Shown here piece after piece: positions 11,536-22,876 of a stretch of 64,000 nucleotides of DNA. The DNA lies in the NCBI GenBank assembly GCA_905178155.1, contig CAJINV010000026.1:204289-268288 (forward strand), read 5' to 3'. A program made the position numbers and the translations under genes. The notes beneath the pieces were generated by a model. It worked only from the letters and a program-made list of their open reading frames with translations. It searched no databases and was not told the DNA's origin. The stretch comes from Amoebophrya sp. A120. Its lineage: Eukaryota > Protista > Dinoflagellata. The number at the start of each line of letters is the position of its first letter. The stretch's first letter is position 1.

Positions 11536-14500
11536 TCACTTCACCATCACGTGCCCGCGCGGTTCGTAGGAATACTCTAGCGCCCCCGACCGGATTTTGT
11601 CGCCGTAGTCGAAGAACCGCTTGTTTACGTGGGGGTAGACGAACTTGAAAAGCGAATACTTCTCGTCGAAGAACACCGGCCGTCCCGTGCGGTAGTGCAA
11701 CCCCTTTCCCTTGAACTTCATGATGTTCGGATCGTAGCCGTACTGCTGGTATGCTTTGCAAAAGTATCGTACTCGTAGTATTGCAATACAAATTAGCTCA
11801 ACATGACATATGGAACAATTTGTCATGCGGATTCAGTTTAACAACGTAGATTTGTAAGTATATGCATAACTGCAATCACTACGAGGACGAGCAGGATACT
11901 TTTTGCAATTCATAGCTGGTGTAACGGCACCTGGAGTTCGGTCCTCTCTTTCTGTAACTGCAACTCGATGGACTTCGTGCCCGCGCCAACCACCGTGTTG
12001 AAAGCGGATGATCCCGTCGTGTGCATCGACCTGTTGCCCTGCGTGTTGCTCGAGTTCGAGTTTTCGCCAATGGAGATGTCGCCTGTCTTGTGATATCCTG
12101 TGCAAAAGTATCGCAATCGTACTGATTGCAAATATGCATGACAAATCTTCTTCCTAAGGTAGAACAGCATGACAAATTGCATTTGTCATGCTGAACAAAT
12201 TTGTAATGCAATTTGTACTAGGAGTGCAATGCTTTTGCATTGCATATGTTGAAGTCGTTTTGCGTGGTGTGCTTGGAGCCAGAGGTCGAGGAGGAGCCGC
12301 CGGGCTGGTTCTTCATACCTAAGGATCGTCGTGTGGTAGGTGGTGATGTAAATTCTGCATGACAAGAACATCCTGGATGTAAATTCTGCATGACAAGAAC
12401 TTCCCGTATAGGAAATTCAGCATGACAAAGACCTGTATTTCAACAAAAGTCTAAATACCCTGTTTCCTCTGCGCCTCGGGTAAGTTCGGATCTTCATCGT
12501 TTGCACTCCCCGCCCCAGTGCCGGATTTGAAGCTCTGCATGGAGGTGCCATTATCCTGAGCAAAAACATCCCCACCCGAAAGCTGTCATGCAGATTTGCA
12601 ACGACAGGAACATTTGTGATGCGCATCCCCAACATGATAAGCATTTTTTCCAGTCGTGTTTCGCATATTTGTGATGCCGTAACCAGGATAAGCAGATGGA
12701 TTTGCATTTGTGATGCGGCTGTGCTCATTAACCTGCACTAGTAAGCTAAAGGCTTCATCAACTTGTCGTGCGTGATTACCAAAACCTATACGTTTGTGAT
12801 GCAAAGTCCCCATCTTGACTCTTGGGTGGGGACGGTTTTACACAGGATAGCCGTGCGTTTTATCGGTGGAACTGTGGGTGAAGGACGACTGCGTCAACGT
12901 CATGGAATCTGTCGTGTCCGTCTTCTTCTTGCTGGACCCCCCGTCCCCTCCGCCGATCGCGGCGAGAGTCGTACTCGTTTGCATGTTGCTCGGATGCCCG
13001 GGGAGTTGGTCGACAAGGGCTTGTCTTCGCGTCGGCAGGGAGGGATCCTTGTAGGCTCTGGGCAGGAGTTATCCCAAGAAAAAAGTGTTCTTTCAGTTAC
13101 ACATTTGTATTGTAAATAACTTCAGCAACACAAACTTGCAATGCAGAAATGATCCTAAGGGAAATTATAAACACGTATGAAGAAACGAGGCTCGCAAGCC
13201 TTTCCGGCATGACAGAGGTTGCAGCCTGTCTTGCTAGTTTTCCAGCATCACAGTGTGCTGTAACTGTAACACTTTTTTCTATTCGTAGGAGTTGGGGTAG
13301 GTGTGTGGATTTCAACTGAAGATCCAACCCGCAGGCCTCGTCGCCCTCGACGTGGTACCTTTTTCAGTTTGTTTTAGTTTTTCTTCGTGGATTCCATGCA
13401 TGACAAACGGATTTTTTTCCGGAAATCTTGCATGACAAACAGCAGAAAATCAAAAAACTTTTATGGGTAGAATACTTTAACTTCTGCAGCATGGTGCTCG
13501 ACATCGCACCGTCCCTGACCTGCTGTTGCTGCAATTGCAGTAAGTGTTGCTGCCTTTTCTCCAGCACCTTCTGATGCTCCTCCCCACAGGCAAGCTGCCA
13601 TCGTTGCCTTCGGTAGCGCTCCATTCGCTCGTCTTTTAGCAGTTCCACGTAATACACCCAGTTCGAAAAGTATGCAAAGAAAGAAGCGTTACAACAGCTA
13701 CCCTTTGCGCTTGCAGCTACCCATTTTTCATGCACGAAATTATGCTGTCGAGCCTCGCATCATACGTGTTTGTAATTTCACTTATGATGATCTGTGCATT
13801 ACAAGGAAGTTGTAAATTTGTGTTGCTGAAGTTTTTACATTATACACAATTTGCTGTAAACACTTATTTTTCCATGGGATATGAAGGACAGCCGGAGTTG
13901 CATACTCGCCACCCCCGACATTAGAGCGCGGAAAACACCTCTTTTTCTTCACTTTTACAGTTTGCCAGTCTTGCGCATGAGAAAGGAAAAGTCAGACGTC
14001 AGTTCTTACACTACTTTCAACATTCATCAGCGAGCTCGAGCTGGGTTTGGCTTTAGGGATGTTCTTGCATGACAAAACCGAAATCTCCAAGGCACTCATC
14101 TTCAAGGGAAAGAACAAAAAGATCAACATCAGTATTCATACCTAGCTTCCCGACTCTCTCCTTAAACTCCTTCTCCGCGGCTCGTGCTTTTCGCTATCCA
14201 AGAAAAAAACGTTGTTAGTGTAAGTTTGTGATGCGCAATATGCAAAGTGATTGCGTCTGTCATGCTTGGCATGCGTCGCAGGGTCCATTAAGGGCGTTTT
14301 CACGTACTATTTGCGCATGACAGGTTTTTGCTGTCATGCAGGACAAACTTGTAATGCTGTTCCTCCAAAAAAGTTACACCTACAATGTTTTTTTCTTGGA
14401 TATTCGCTGCTTCGCGCGCAGTGCTCGGACATCAAAGTGAAAAAAACCCCCCACCCCATATCAAAATGGAAGTTTGTGATGCGGGATTTGTGTGCACAAA

Positions 14501-15388
14501 TCATTTTGTCATGCTAGAAGGGAGAAGATGCGGGCTGTCGTGCTGGGTGGCGTGTTGAGGAAGCTATGCATCTTCAGCATGACAGGAGGCAGCTGGAAGC
14601 GGGAAACAGCATGGCAAATTGCGTGCCAACGAGGCCACAACGGCGTCTCTTGGCCTTCTAGCAATACAAGGCGATTTGTGTACGCAAACACAGCATCACA
14701 ACTTTCGTTTTCGATATGGGGAGGGGGGATTTTTCCTTTCAATATCGGAGCTTCCTCGCTTTCTCGGCTTCGTCCGCGAGGCGGCGCTGGAGGCGCTCCT
14801 GCTATGCGTTGCAAATATGTCTGGGTCTGAAATCTTGTGATGCAAATCTAGGAATTGTGGGCGCACTGCAATATGCAGCCCAGCATGACGAGTTTTTGCG
14901 CTGCTGTGTTTCGTTTTTCGCATGACAAGCTGCGTCTTTGCACGAGGCCCTTTTCCTGCTCATGCATCACAGATTTAAGACTCATGCCAGACAAGCATGA
15001 CAAACTTCCAGACCCAGACATTATTACATTTGATACCTGCTCCTTCTTTGCCATTTTCTCGGCCTGCTCCTCTTCGTTCATGACCTTCCGGTATGGATTG
15101 TAAAAATGTCTGGGTCTGGAAACTTGTGATGCAAGCAAGAGAATAGTGAGCTCACTGTAATGCGCTGCCAAGCATGACAAGTTTTTTTCATGGTTCTGAG
15201 TTGCGTATTCCGCATGAGAAACTGCGTTTTTGCAACACAGGGAGGAGGAGCTCTTTGCGGCCACGCCGTACAGAGTTCAGAGTCATGCCCGATTAGCATG
15301 ACAAGTCTCGCAATCTTCCAGACCCAGACATTTTTGCACTTCATATCCGGCCCTTCCACTTCCCCGCCCCGGCGCTGGTCTTCACCAT
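11536..15388 (-). CDS. Hypothetical protein (~442 aa) with N-terminal coiled coil; 13 exons, 9 introners and 3 GT-AG introns
   Basis: Continuous frame MVKTSAGAGKWKGRKVMNEEEQAEKMAKKEQERLQRRLADEAEKARKLRALRAKQRKARAAEKEFKERVGKLGVFRALM...YEPRGHVMVK* after splicing; 1329 nt = 443 codons. Confidence 0.72.
11750..11914. mobile_element. Introner family G (short)
   Basis: TIR TATG..TTGCAAAAGTATC; DR GCTGG/GCTGG. Confidence 0.85.
12094..12246. mobile_element. Introner family G (short)
   Basis: TIR TAT....TGCAAAAG; degenerate DR TGTGA/TGTTG; frame restored. Confidence 0.75.
12355..12458 (-). other. Canonical GT-AG intron
   Basis: CAGG|GTATTT...CATGCAG|AATTT restores the frame; 3 copies of TGTCATGC. 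Confidence 0.6.
12552..12849. mobile_element. Introner family H
   Basis: TIR TATCCTG.G.AAAA.C.TCCCCACCC; DR GCCAT/GCCGT. Confidence 0.8.
13070..13287. mobile_element. Introner family B
   Basis: TIR TATC.CAAGAAAAAAGTGTT...CAGTTACA; DR GGAGT/GGAGT. Confidence 0.85.
13359..13475 (-). other. Canonical GT-AG intron
   Basis: AA|GTATTC...AAAAAG|GTAC restores LK-YH; 2 copies of TGTCATGC. Confidence 0.65.
13671..13881. mobile_element. Introner family B (degenerate)
   Basis: Degenerate TIR; DR AAAAG/TGAAG; frame restored. Confidence 0.7.
13939..14141 (-). other. Canonical GT-AG intron
   Basis: CTAG|GTATG...AAGAG|GTGTT restores KLGVFR; contains TGTCATGC and TCTCATGC. Confidence 0.65.
14195..14402. 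mobile_element. Introner family B
   Basis: TIR TATCCAAGAAAAAAAC; DR TTCGC/TTCGC. Confidence 0.9.
14430..14744. mobile_element. Introner family C
   Basis: TIR ...GAAAAA.CCCCC.CCCCATATC; DR TCGGA/TCGGA. Confidence 0.88.
14803..15035. mobile_element. Introner family A
   Basis: Family A TIR; DR CCTGC/CCTGC. Confidence 0.9.
15092..15345. mobile_element. Introner family A
   Basis: Family A TIR; DR TCCGG/TCCGG. Confidence 0.9.
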
Positions 15389-18300
15389 TTTGGGCGAGGT
15401 TTCTTAAAAGGACTTTTAGCTTAAAATGTACCAACTGGTGTTGGTTCCTGGCGGTCGTGAGAGACTAATTGCAGTACTACGCAGCTTTCAAAACTCGCAA
15501 CTTACATGAAGATTATAAGTACACTTGTGGGGTCGAGCAAGATGACATAGCACCAGCACGGCAACAAGTTCTTACACATCAACAAGATTTGTTCTGTGAC
15601 TAAGGAATGCTCTTATGCGCTTCAATCTGTTTCTGCAGCTTAAAGAAGACCAGCACTTCCACGGATGAAGAAACGCAGCTTGAAATCCTTAATCACGAGC
15701 CAACTAGAGTACCCTAGCAGGACTACTAGAAGGATGCTCGATCATAAGTACGCATCACAAATCTTATATGTCGTAAACTGACCGTTTGAGTGTATCCTGT
15801 TGCTATATTCACCTGTTTCGTCACTGCAGAGGACTACGAACTGCTGACTAGTTGTATCACGAGCTAGTCTTCTGTTAGATTCATCGAAGCCTTTATAATA
15901 TACGTTTTTCTTTTCCAACGAGGGTAACTCAAACTTGCCACTTTGCAACTAACTGCTCGCTCAGGTATCATCTCTCACGCAATCGAAGCTGAAATCGACC
16001 AAGATAAAGACCTACATCTACCGTGATTGGACAAATGTAAAACTACACTTCGTTTTCCTTCCGCAGTACTCTCCATCCTCTCTGCCTCAGCCTCGCTCAT
16101 GCTGACGTAACTCGTATCTCTCATTTCGCAACCGCACTTCGAACAAATCTACGAAATTATACTTCAGCCCATCACGTGGGTGCGGGCCTTTGAGTGATAG
16201 TGTAGCTTCAGACCTCTCACACGGTTACAAGTGCTAGCGCCGTCGACGCGCACACCACGCTGCCACCCAGGCGCCGGGCCAACCGCGCCATGGGTGCGCG
16301 CACTGCTACCAAAATGGCCGCCCAGTACGCACTTAAGCCCGGGCGGCCCTGCAAAGGGCGCGGCAGCCCCCAAGTAAGCCAGACGACGGCGCGGGCGGGC
16401 GCGATCGCAGGCCAAGGCAAGCAGGGCGCAAGGCCCCGGCCTGCGTGCGAGGCGAGCGCATCGCCTTACTCAATGCGCTGGCCCTAATGCGGCCAGCACA
16501 AAAGCAGCGGAGCAACCCGCGAGCAACAGCTCCCGCGTCATCCTGGTGCTCGTCGTCCCCCTGCTGGTGTTCTGAATCGCCTGCGAACTAGAAACATCAC
16601 CCAACTTCTTATCCCGCGGGCGGCGCCGCTCTCGCGGCCTACAGAGTCCGCGCGGTTGATTTGGATGCGGGCGGAGCTGAAGGCGGAGGCGCCCGGTTCT
16701 GTAGCGGAGCACTAAGGCCGTCAACAAACTCCAGCAAGGGCATTCGCGGCCCCGTTACGCGCTTGAATTCGCGCGCGACCTTGGGTGGGTCTCCTGCGGC
16801 GAGCACGTGTGCTGCGTAGCCCAAGTTCATCCAGCCGGTGCGCAATATATGATCGCGCTCCACCGGAATCCGAACCGCCCACATGGGAACGTGAGGGCAG
16901 ATTTGCGTCAGCAAACTCGTCGCCATTTTGTACCTGCTCGCTCAGATATCATCTCTCACGCAGTCGAAGCTGAGATCGACCAAGATAAAGATCTACATCT
17001 ACCATGAGTGAATAAACGTATAGATACTTAAACGGCTTACATTTCATTCTCTTTCCGTAGTATTATCCATTTCCTCTGCCATACTCACGCTGACATGACT
17101 CGCCCTCGCGTCGCTCATACATATCGTGAGCACTTCTTCAGACAAAGCTGCGACGAAGCAAGCCCACAACGCGGACGCAGGGTCGTGGTGATAGTCTGCC
17201 TCCAGTTCTTGTTCTTTTACACACGGTTACAAGCGCTAGCGCCGCCGCGCGCACGAAACGCTGCCACCCGGCCCCTCATTACATCCCGCGGCGGCGCGCG
17301 CGGGGCCAGCCGCGTCATGGCCGCGCGCTGCCGAATCAATCGAGCAGCCGCGGGGCGGGGATAAAGAATAGAATGCCCGGCCGGGCGGCTCTTCGAGGTG
17401 CCCGGGCGCCCGGCCGCCCGGAATACGGCCAGGCGGCCGCGGGGGGGGGGGGCGGGCTGCATGGGCCAACACGGTCGCGCGCGCATCCATGCCATGGCAG
17501 AAAAGCGCCCGGGCCCCCGGGAAGCGCGCGCGGCGAAGTGGCGGGGCACGTTCTCAGCGGGGCGGCGCCCTTTGCGCCCCGCGCACTTGCCAGCTCCTTG
17601 GGTGCCTCATCGAAGCGCGTGGCGGGGCGGCCCCCCCCCAACTGTGCCAAGTGCGCAAATCGCTGCAAGCGCTCCCCGCGTCTGCCGCTGCAACCCGCTC
17701 AACTGTGCTTCGCCTGCAAGATCAATCTTCACCAACGCCAGTCATTTTATTTTACAGTTCTTACGGCGGTCGCGTATTTTGGACTTCCACCCATGAAAGC
17801 CAGCACTTCCACGGTTGAAACGCAGCTTGGAGCAATGACGAGCCACGTGGAGCACGGGTGCGATTCTCAAGTAGCAGCGCTACGAGGGAGATAGTGGACA
17901 AGCACGCACTGTTGGCGGCGACAGCCGCTGCAGCCAGTCACAACACGCCCATCTTGGTACGGCAGCGCTTCAATCTTTGAAGCTACCAGACTACTTGGAA
18001 AGGGAAACAGAAGGAAAAGAATTAATTTCCCCTCGGCACGTAGAAAATTTATCTCTGCGCAGTGAGGCCGCGCCAGTCACTCCTCATAAGTTCTTGTTCC
18101 CTCATGCAAACAACAAGGTCGAGCCTCCCATACAGGCCAGATTAGTAAATCCTGTCAGTTACGACTACTACAGTTTTACACTCATGCACTGAATAAAGCC
18201 TCCCTCTACAGCCCGCAGTCTCACAGCAACGCCTCAACACTCTCTCTGGAGTGCCTCTTCTTGCTGCAGTCGCGCTGGGAGGAATCAGCACTTCGCGACT

Positions 18301-18823
18301 CTCGTGCGTCAGAAAAACAGGTTGTCCACAGAGAATAGAGGGACCCCTTTTCTACGGTGAATGCCTGCTAATGAACAAGGTCTCAAATCGTAAGTACGCA
18401 GAACGAGATATTTCGTCGAGAGGGACGCACGTATCCACATTTTCCGGACAAAGACGTATTCACATTTTTGTTTTTCGAGAAAATCCTGGCGCTTGCTGTT
18501 GCTTGATAATTAATTCGGAGTTCTTTTTTTAGGTCGCTTGGTGCATTTGTGTCCACCATCGTTCTGCTTCTGACGTTAGAAATAGATCATTGAAAAGCTC
18601 GGAGAAAACATAAGATAAGTATAAGTTTGCAGCTTAAACATTAACATTCATCAACGCCGAAGATGTGCGTGTCAGTTTCGGTTTTTCGTTCTTGTCCTGA
18701 TTGACTATTAGTACGGGTGGAACTAGAACTACAGATGAAGCTTTAGTTGAGAATAAGAAATAGGAGTACCAATGGCAGCAAAGATGCTGAGATTGCAGGT
18801 CAAGTACCCGAGAGCGAAATCGG

Positions 18824-19456
18824 TCAAGGACGAGTCAAGCACGCTTCAAAAGTTTTCAAGTGCAGATCCTCCAGGAAGAATTCAAGGTGGGTCACTTTTA
18901 CATTGAACCACCACAGAGTGAAAATGTTGATCAAAACAGGGACGATCGTGCCACACGACGGGCACCACTGCCAGCAAGACGGTGCAGCACGCGCTCCCGG
19001 GCCCGGTGCACTCAGGATCCCAGCGTCCGCAGCCCCCCTTGTTCCGGATATCGTGCTCGTTCCAGTGTTGTTGCTGCCGGCTGTGCTCACCGCGTCGATC
19101 TCCGCCCCGGTTTCGGCGCGGCTTGATGAAGACGCTGTAGTACTCTCTGATGTGCTGTCCGCATTCGTGTGCCCCGCAGTCCTCGCGGCCCCCGGATTAG
19201 CAAAAAGCCAATCGGTATCGCTGAACAGCTCGGCGGCGCTAGAAGCTTCTTTGAGCGTATCTCGGAGCAGCGCTTGTATGTCGCATCCCGCGAAGCACGG
19301 ATGAAGCCGGTCCTGGAGCTTTTGCCAAACGCGCTGCAGCTCTTCGTTCGCCGCGTCAACACGCTTTTGCCCCTGCAGCAGCTCTTCAAACAGCTCCTGA
19401 GGTCCTTCCGCCATGATTTCGTTTCCTATTTCTTGTACGTCGTGGAGTTCCACCAT
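18824..19456 (-). CDS. Putative intronless coiled-coil protein with C-terminal hydrophobic segment
   Basis: 210-aa ATG ORF; E/Q/L-rich N-terminus, S/T/G-rich linker, IVPVLINIFTLWWF near the C-terminus. Confidence 0.4.
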   Translation of the reverse strand: MVELHDVQEIGNEIMAEGPQELFEELLQGQKRVDAANEELQRVWQKLQDRLHPCFAGCDIQALLRDTLKEASSAAELFSDTDWLFANPGAARTAGHTNADSTSESTTASSSSRAETGAEIDAVSTAGSNNTGTSTISGTRGAADAGILSAPGPGARAAPSCWQWCPSCGTIVPVLINIFTLWWFNVKVTHLEFFLEDLHLKTFEACLTRP

Positions 19457-20358
19457 GTAACAACTGAACTCTTCTACTCACGTCGTGGATGTAAGCAGCA
19501 GCACTACAACGAGGGAGATGGTGGACAAGCACGCATCAAATATAAATCTTCTGCGTCGTAAACAAACTGGTTGTGTGTGAGTGCACTCTTATTCGCCTGT
19601 CTCGTCACTGCAGAGGAATACTAAGAACTGCTGCCTAATATCACGTGCTAGCCTTATGTTAGATTGGGAGGCTACATTACGTTTTTCTTTTCGACGGAGG
19701 CTAACTTTATTTGCGTCATCAAGAACAAACTCGCCCTTTTGCAACTTCTTCAGATATCATCTCTGACGCAATCGAAGCTGACACCGGCTACATCCACCAC
19801 GATTGAAGAATAGACGGAAAACTACATTTCATTTTCCTTCCGTAGTAGTCGCCATTCCCTCTGCCTCACTCATGCTAACATGACTCTCCCTCGGGTCGCT
19901 CACATGTATCCTGAGTACTTCAAACAAATCTGTGAAGCAAGAGCACAACGTGGGTGCGGACCGGTGGTAGTGTAGTGCCTTTGTCTCATCTTTTACACAC
20001 CGTTACAAGTGGTTGCGCAGTCGCCGCGCACGAAACACTGCCACCCGGCCCCATAGTAGACCCCGCGGTGGCGCGCCCACCAGGGGCAGCCGCGCTATGG
20101 CCGAAGCGCTGCTGGGTCAAACAACAAGCAGCCGCAGGGCGGGGGCAGAGCACGGCACGCCCGTGCGAGGTGCCCGGGCGCGCGCCCGGAATATGGCCAC
20201 ACGGCCGCGGGGGGGCGGACTGCACGTGCCAGCACGGGCGTGCGCGCATGCCGAGGCAGGGAGGGCCCACGGCCCCGGAGGGGGAAGGCGCGCGCGCGGC
20301 CTGCTGCGCGGCGTTATGGCAAGGGCTGCGCGCGCCACTCGGCGCGCGCCCGTGCTTT

Positions 20359-20715
20359 CTAATTCCGGCCGGGGCTGACTGTTGCCAGAGTGGCGACCAA
20401 GAGAACTCCGAGGACCACAGTCGCGGTTTCAGACCATCTGCCCTTTTTCGACGCCTCCGCGCCACTTTGGTTCAGTGTCTGACCCGCCTCCGCCACTTGC
20501 TTGCCCTCCACTTTCTTCTGCACCTCCAGCAGCTCCGCCAAGTGCTTGCTTCTCACCTTCAGCAAACCGCTCTCCTCCTGCTTTTTGTCTAGGAGATGAG
20601 ATCCTCCTGGATCCGGCGATAGCTGTCGAGCCCACCTTTCAACCTTCCGCATTTCTCCACCAACCTCTGGGCGAGGTTCGTGAGCTCCGTACGAACGGCG
20701 GCCAGGCTGGAGCAC
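20359..20715 (-). CDS. Putative short coiled-coil, tail-anchored protein (possibly degenerate)
   Basis: KHLAELLEVQKKVEGKQVAE...TATVVLGVLLVATLATV just before the stop. Confidence 0.3.
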   Translation of the reverse strand: MLQPGRRSYGAHEPRPEVGGEMRKVERWARQLSPDPGGSHLLDKKQEESGLLKVRSKHLAELLEVQKKVEGKQVAEAGQTLNQSGAEASKKGRWSETATVVLGVLLVATLATVSPGRN

Positions 20716-22372
20716 TTCTCGCGCGCAGGTTTCGCGAACTCGCAGAGGTCATGCTATGTAGCACAGCGACGAGCTAGAGGGGCACTCTTGCGCCCTTTCT
20801 GCGAGGCCATGGGCGACGAGCTACCTGGTGGCGCTACGTCATCATGCAGCTCCTCACGCTGATTGACTATAACCTCCTCTTCGCAAGCTGCTAAATGTGA
20901 AAGCGTTACTGCATTGATCCCCGCACCATACTTCCGTGTTGGGAAGACTACTTCAACGGACGAGAAACTTTTGCTCTCCAATCTCTTTTTTCTCTATCGT
21001 TTGAACGAATGAAAACCTGTCTTCAAGACACTTGTCTTTACGACTGCGCTGACTTTTGCGCACCATCACTCCCATGTAATCAAATAGCTTTTTCGCAGCT
21101 CAATCTATCACGGAAGCGATCTTGCAACAAGCTCTAGATCTAGTTGCAAAGACGCATAAACCGCACTCGCCTGCCGCACACCCGGTCCCTCTTAACATTA
21201 CTCAGGCACACTGCACCAGAGCACTCGTCTCTCGCTGTTGTGTTCTCGCATCTCAAAAACATCCATCGGGCCACACGTCCGCAACATGAATGCGGGGCGC
21301 GACGGTTCATGATCAGTTTGGATTTTACACACGAAGCAAGATTGCCGGCACGCGCGAAGCTCCGCCGCCTATCCGATCATGGCGGGCTGCGCCTGCACGT
21401 GGCCGAATCGCCAACGCAAGGAGCAATGGAGTGGCCGCGGGCGCACGCCCGCATGGGCCAGCCGCGCAAGTAGTATGCGCACTACTAAAACAAGTGCCGG
21501 CGCGCAATACAAACACAAGCGTGGGCGGTGGCGCGAGCGGGCCTGCGCGGCCCTTCGATGGTCGGAAGCGGGGGCACCGAAGTCCCCCCTGACGGGCTTC
21601 CCTGCGCTGGGCCTCTTCGAGCCCTTTAGGAACGGCGCGCGCGCGCGGCACGCAGCCGCCCAGGACGGGCGCGCCGTGCTCTCTCCTCTGCAGGCTGCCA
21701 GCCGGCGGCCTCCAAAGGCCCAACGGGGCGGGCCTAGACTAACCGAAACAAAGCGGCGAAGCGAGAGGCGGCAAGACTCCCCGCGGGCAGAACCTGCATC
21801 ATCTCCGGACTCTCCGCTACCCGGAACCGGACTTGAAGAAGCCGCACGGGCATCGCCAAACCCACCACAAGCACACTCACCACCGCGATAGATGACGAGG
21901 ATGACCACAGCGCTGCGTCATCACGCTCATGCGGATTGCTGATGGCCTATTCTTCACGTACCGCTATAGCAACACACCTAAACGCACCACATTACCACGA
22001 GTTCAGGCCTAGACGCTGGTAAGGAGAAAACTTGACAGAGCAGACGACCCGTCATTTTCTTCTTCGCTCTCTCTCCTTTGTCGTCGTCTCTCAAGCTGCT
22101 CGGCCCTGATGGTATCTCGTCGTGCGTATGTTTTTTTTCCGTACTTAGTGTAAAGTAGTTCCCTGCTTTGCAGGTCATAATTTGGATCTCGACGCTCACA
22201 CACAAACACACACTTCTTGGAACTTCGCTCAACATCCCAATCACGAGCAAAAAGCGGACAAGGCACTTCAGCTTTTGGAGGTTCAGGCAATGCTAAAAGT
22301 TTGGCGATATTGAATTACAGTGCGGCCGCGGGCCGGGCTAACCGCGCCATGGGCGCGCGCGCTGCTTTGAAA

Positions 22373-22876
22373 CTAACAGCACCACGCGCGGGAAAGAACG
22401 AAGGCACGGGCAACCCACCCGGCAAGGGGAGCGGCGGCCCACATTTCAGACAGCCCGCCCGTGTCGAACGGCAGCGCGCGCGCGCGCAGTGAATGTATTG
22501 CAGGGCCGGGCCGGCGGGCGCACCAGGGCCCCGGCCTGCGTGCGGGGCGAACGCATCCCCCTGCCCAACGCGCCGGCCCCAGTGGGTACGGCCAGCACAA
22601 AGGAAAAGGGGCGGCCCCGGTCAGGGAGCGAGGGCCCCCATCCGAAACATCTAGGCGCGGCGCGGCGCGCACTTGGAAGCGGAGGAGCACCACCACGAGG
22701 CCCAGGAGGAGCATAGTGACGAACTGAACAAAACGAGTCCGCTTCTCCATTGCCTCCTCCACCTCCGCGATTCTCGCCTTGAATCGCATCGGTTCCTCCT
22801 CCATCCACTCCAGAAGCTGATCGTCCATGAACGTCAGCCTCACGTCGACCGGCGCCCGACATGAAGGCGCGGGCAC
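22373..22876 (-). CDS. Putative short coiled-coil + TM protein (possibly degenerate)
   Basis: FKARIAEVEEAMEKRTRFVQFVTMLLLGLVVVLLRFQVR, then runs into a GC-rich repeat. Confidence 0.3.
   Translation of the reverse strand: MPAPSCRAPVDVRLTFMDDQLLEWMEEEPMRFKARIAEVEEAMEKRTRFVQFVTMLLLGLVVVLLRFQVRAAPRLDVSDGGPRSLTGAAPFPLCWPYPLGPARWAGGCVRPARRPGPWCARRPGPAIHSLRARALPFDTGGLSEMWAAAPLAGWVARAFVLSRAWCC

Larger units (their letters stand above)
15640..22680. repeat. Degenerate dispersed/tandem segmental repeats with GC-rich blocks
   Basis: TATCATCTCT.ACGCA.TCGAAGCTGA at ~15967, 16947, 19755; CAC.GTTACAAG at ~16218, 17220, 19996; GC-rich blocks 16270-16505~22330-22605 and 17260-17590~20040-20350. Confidence 0.7.
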
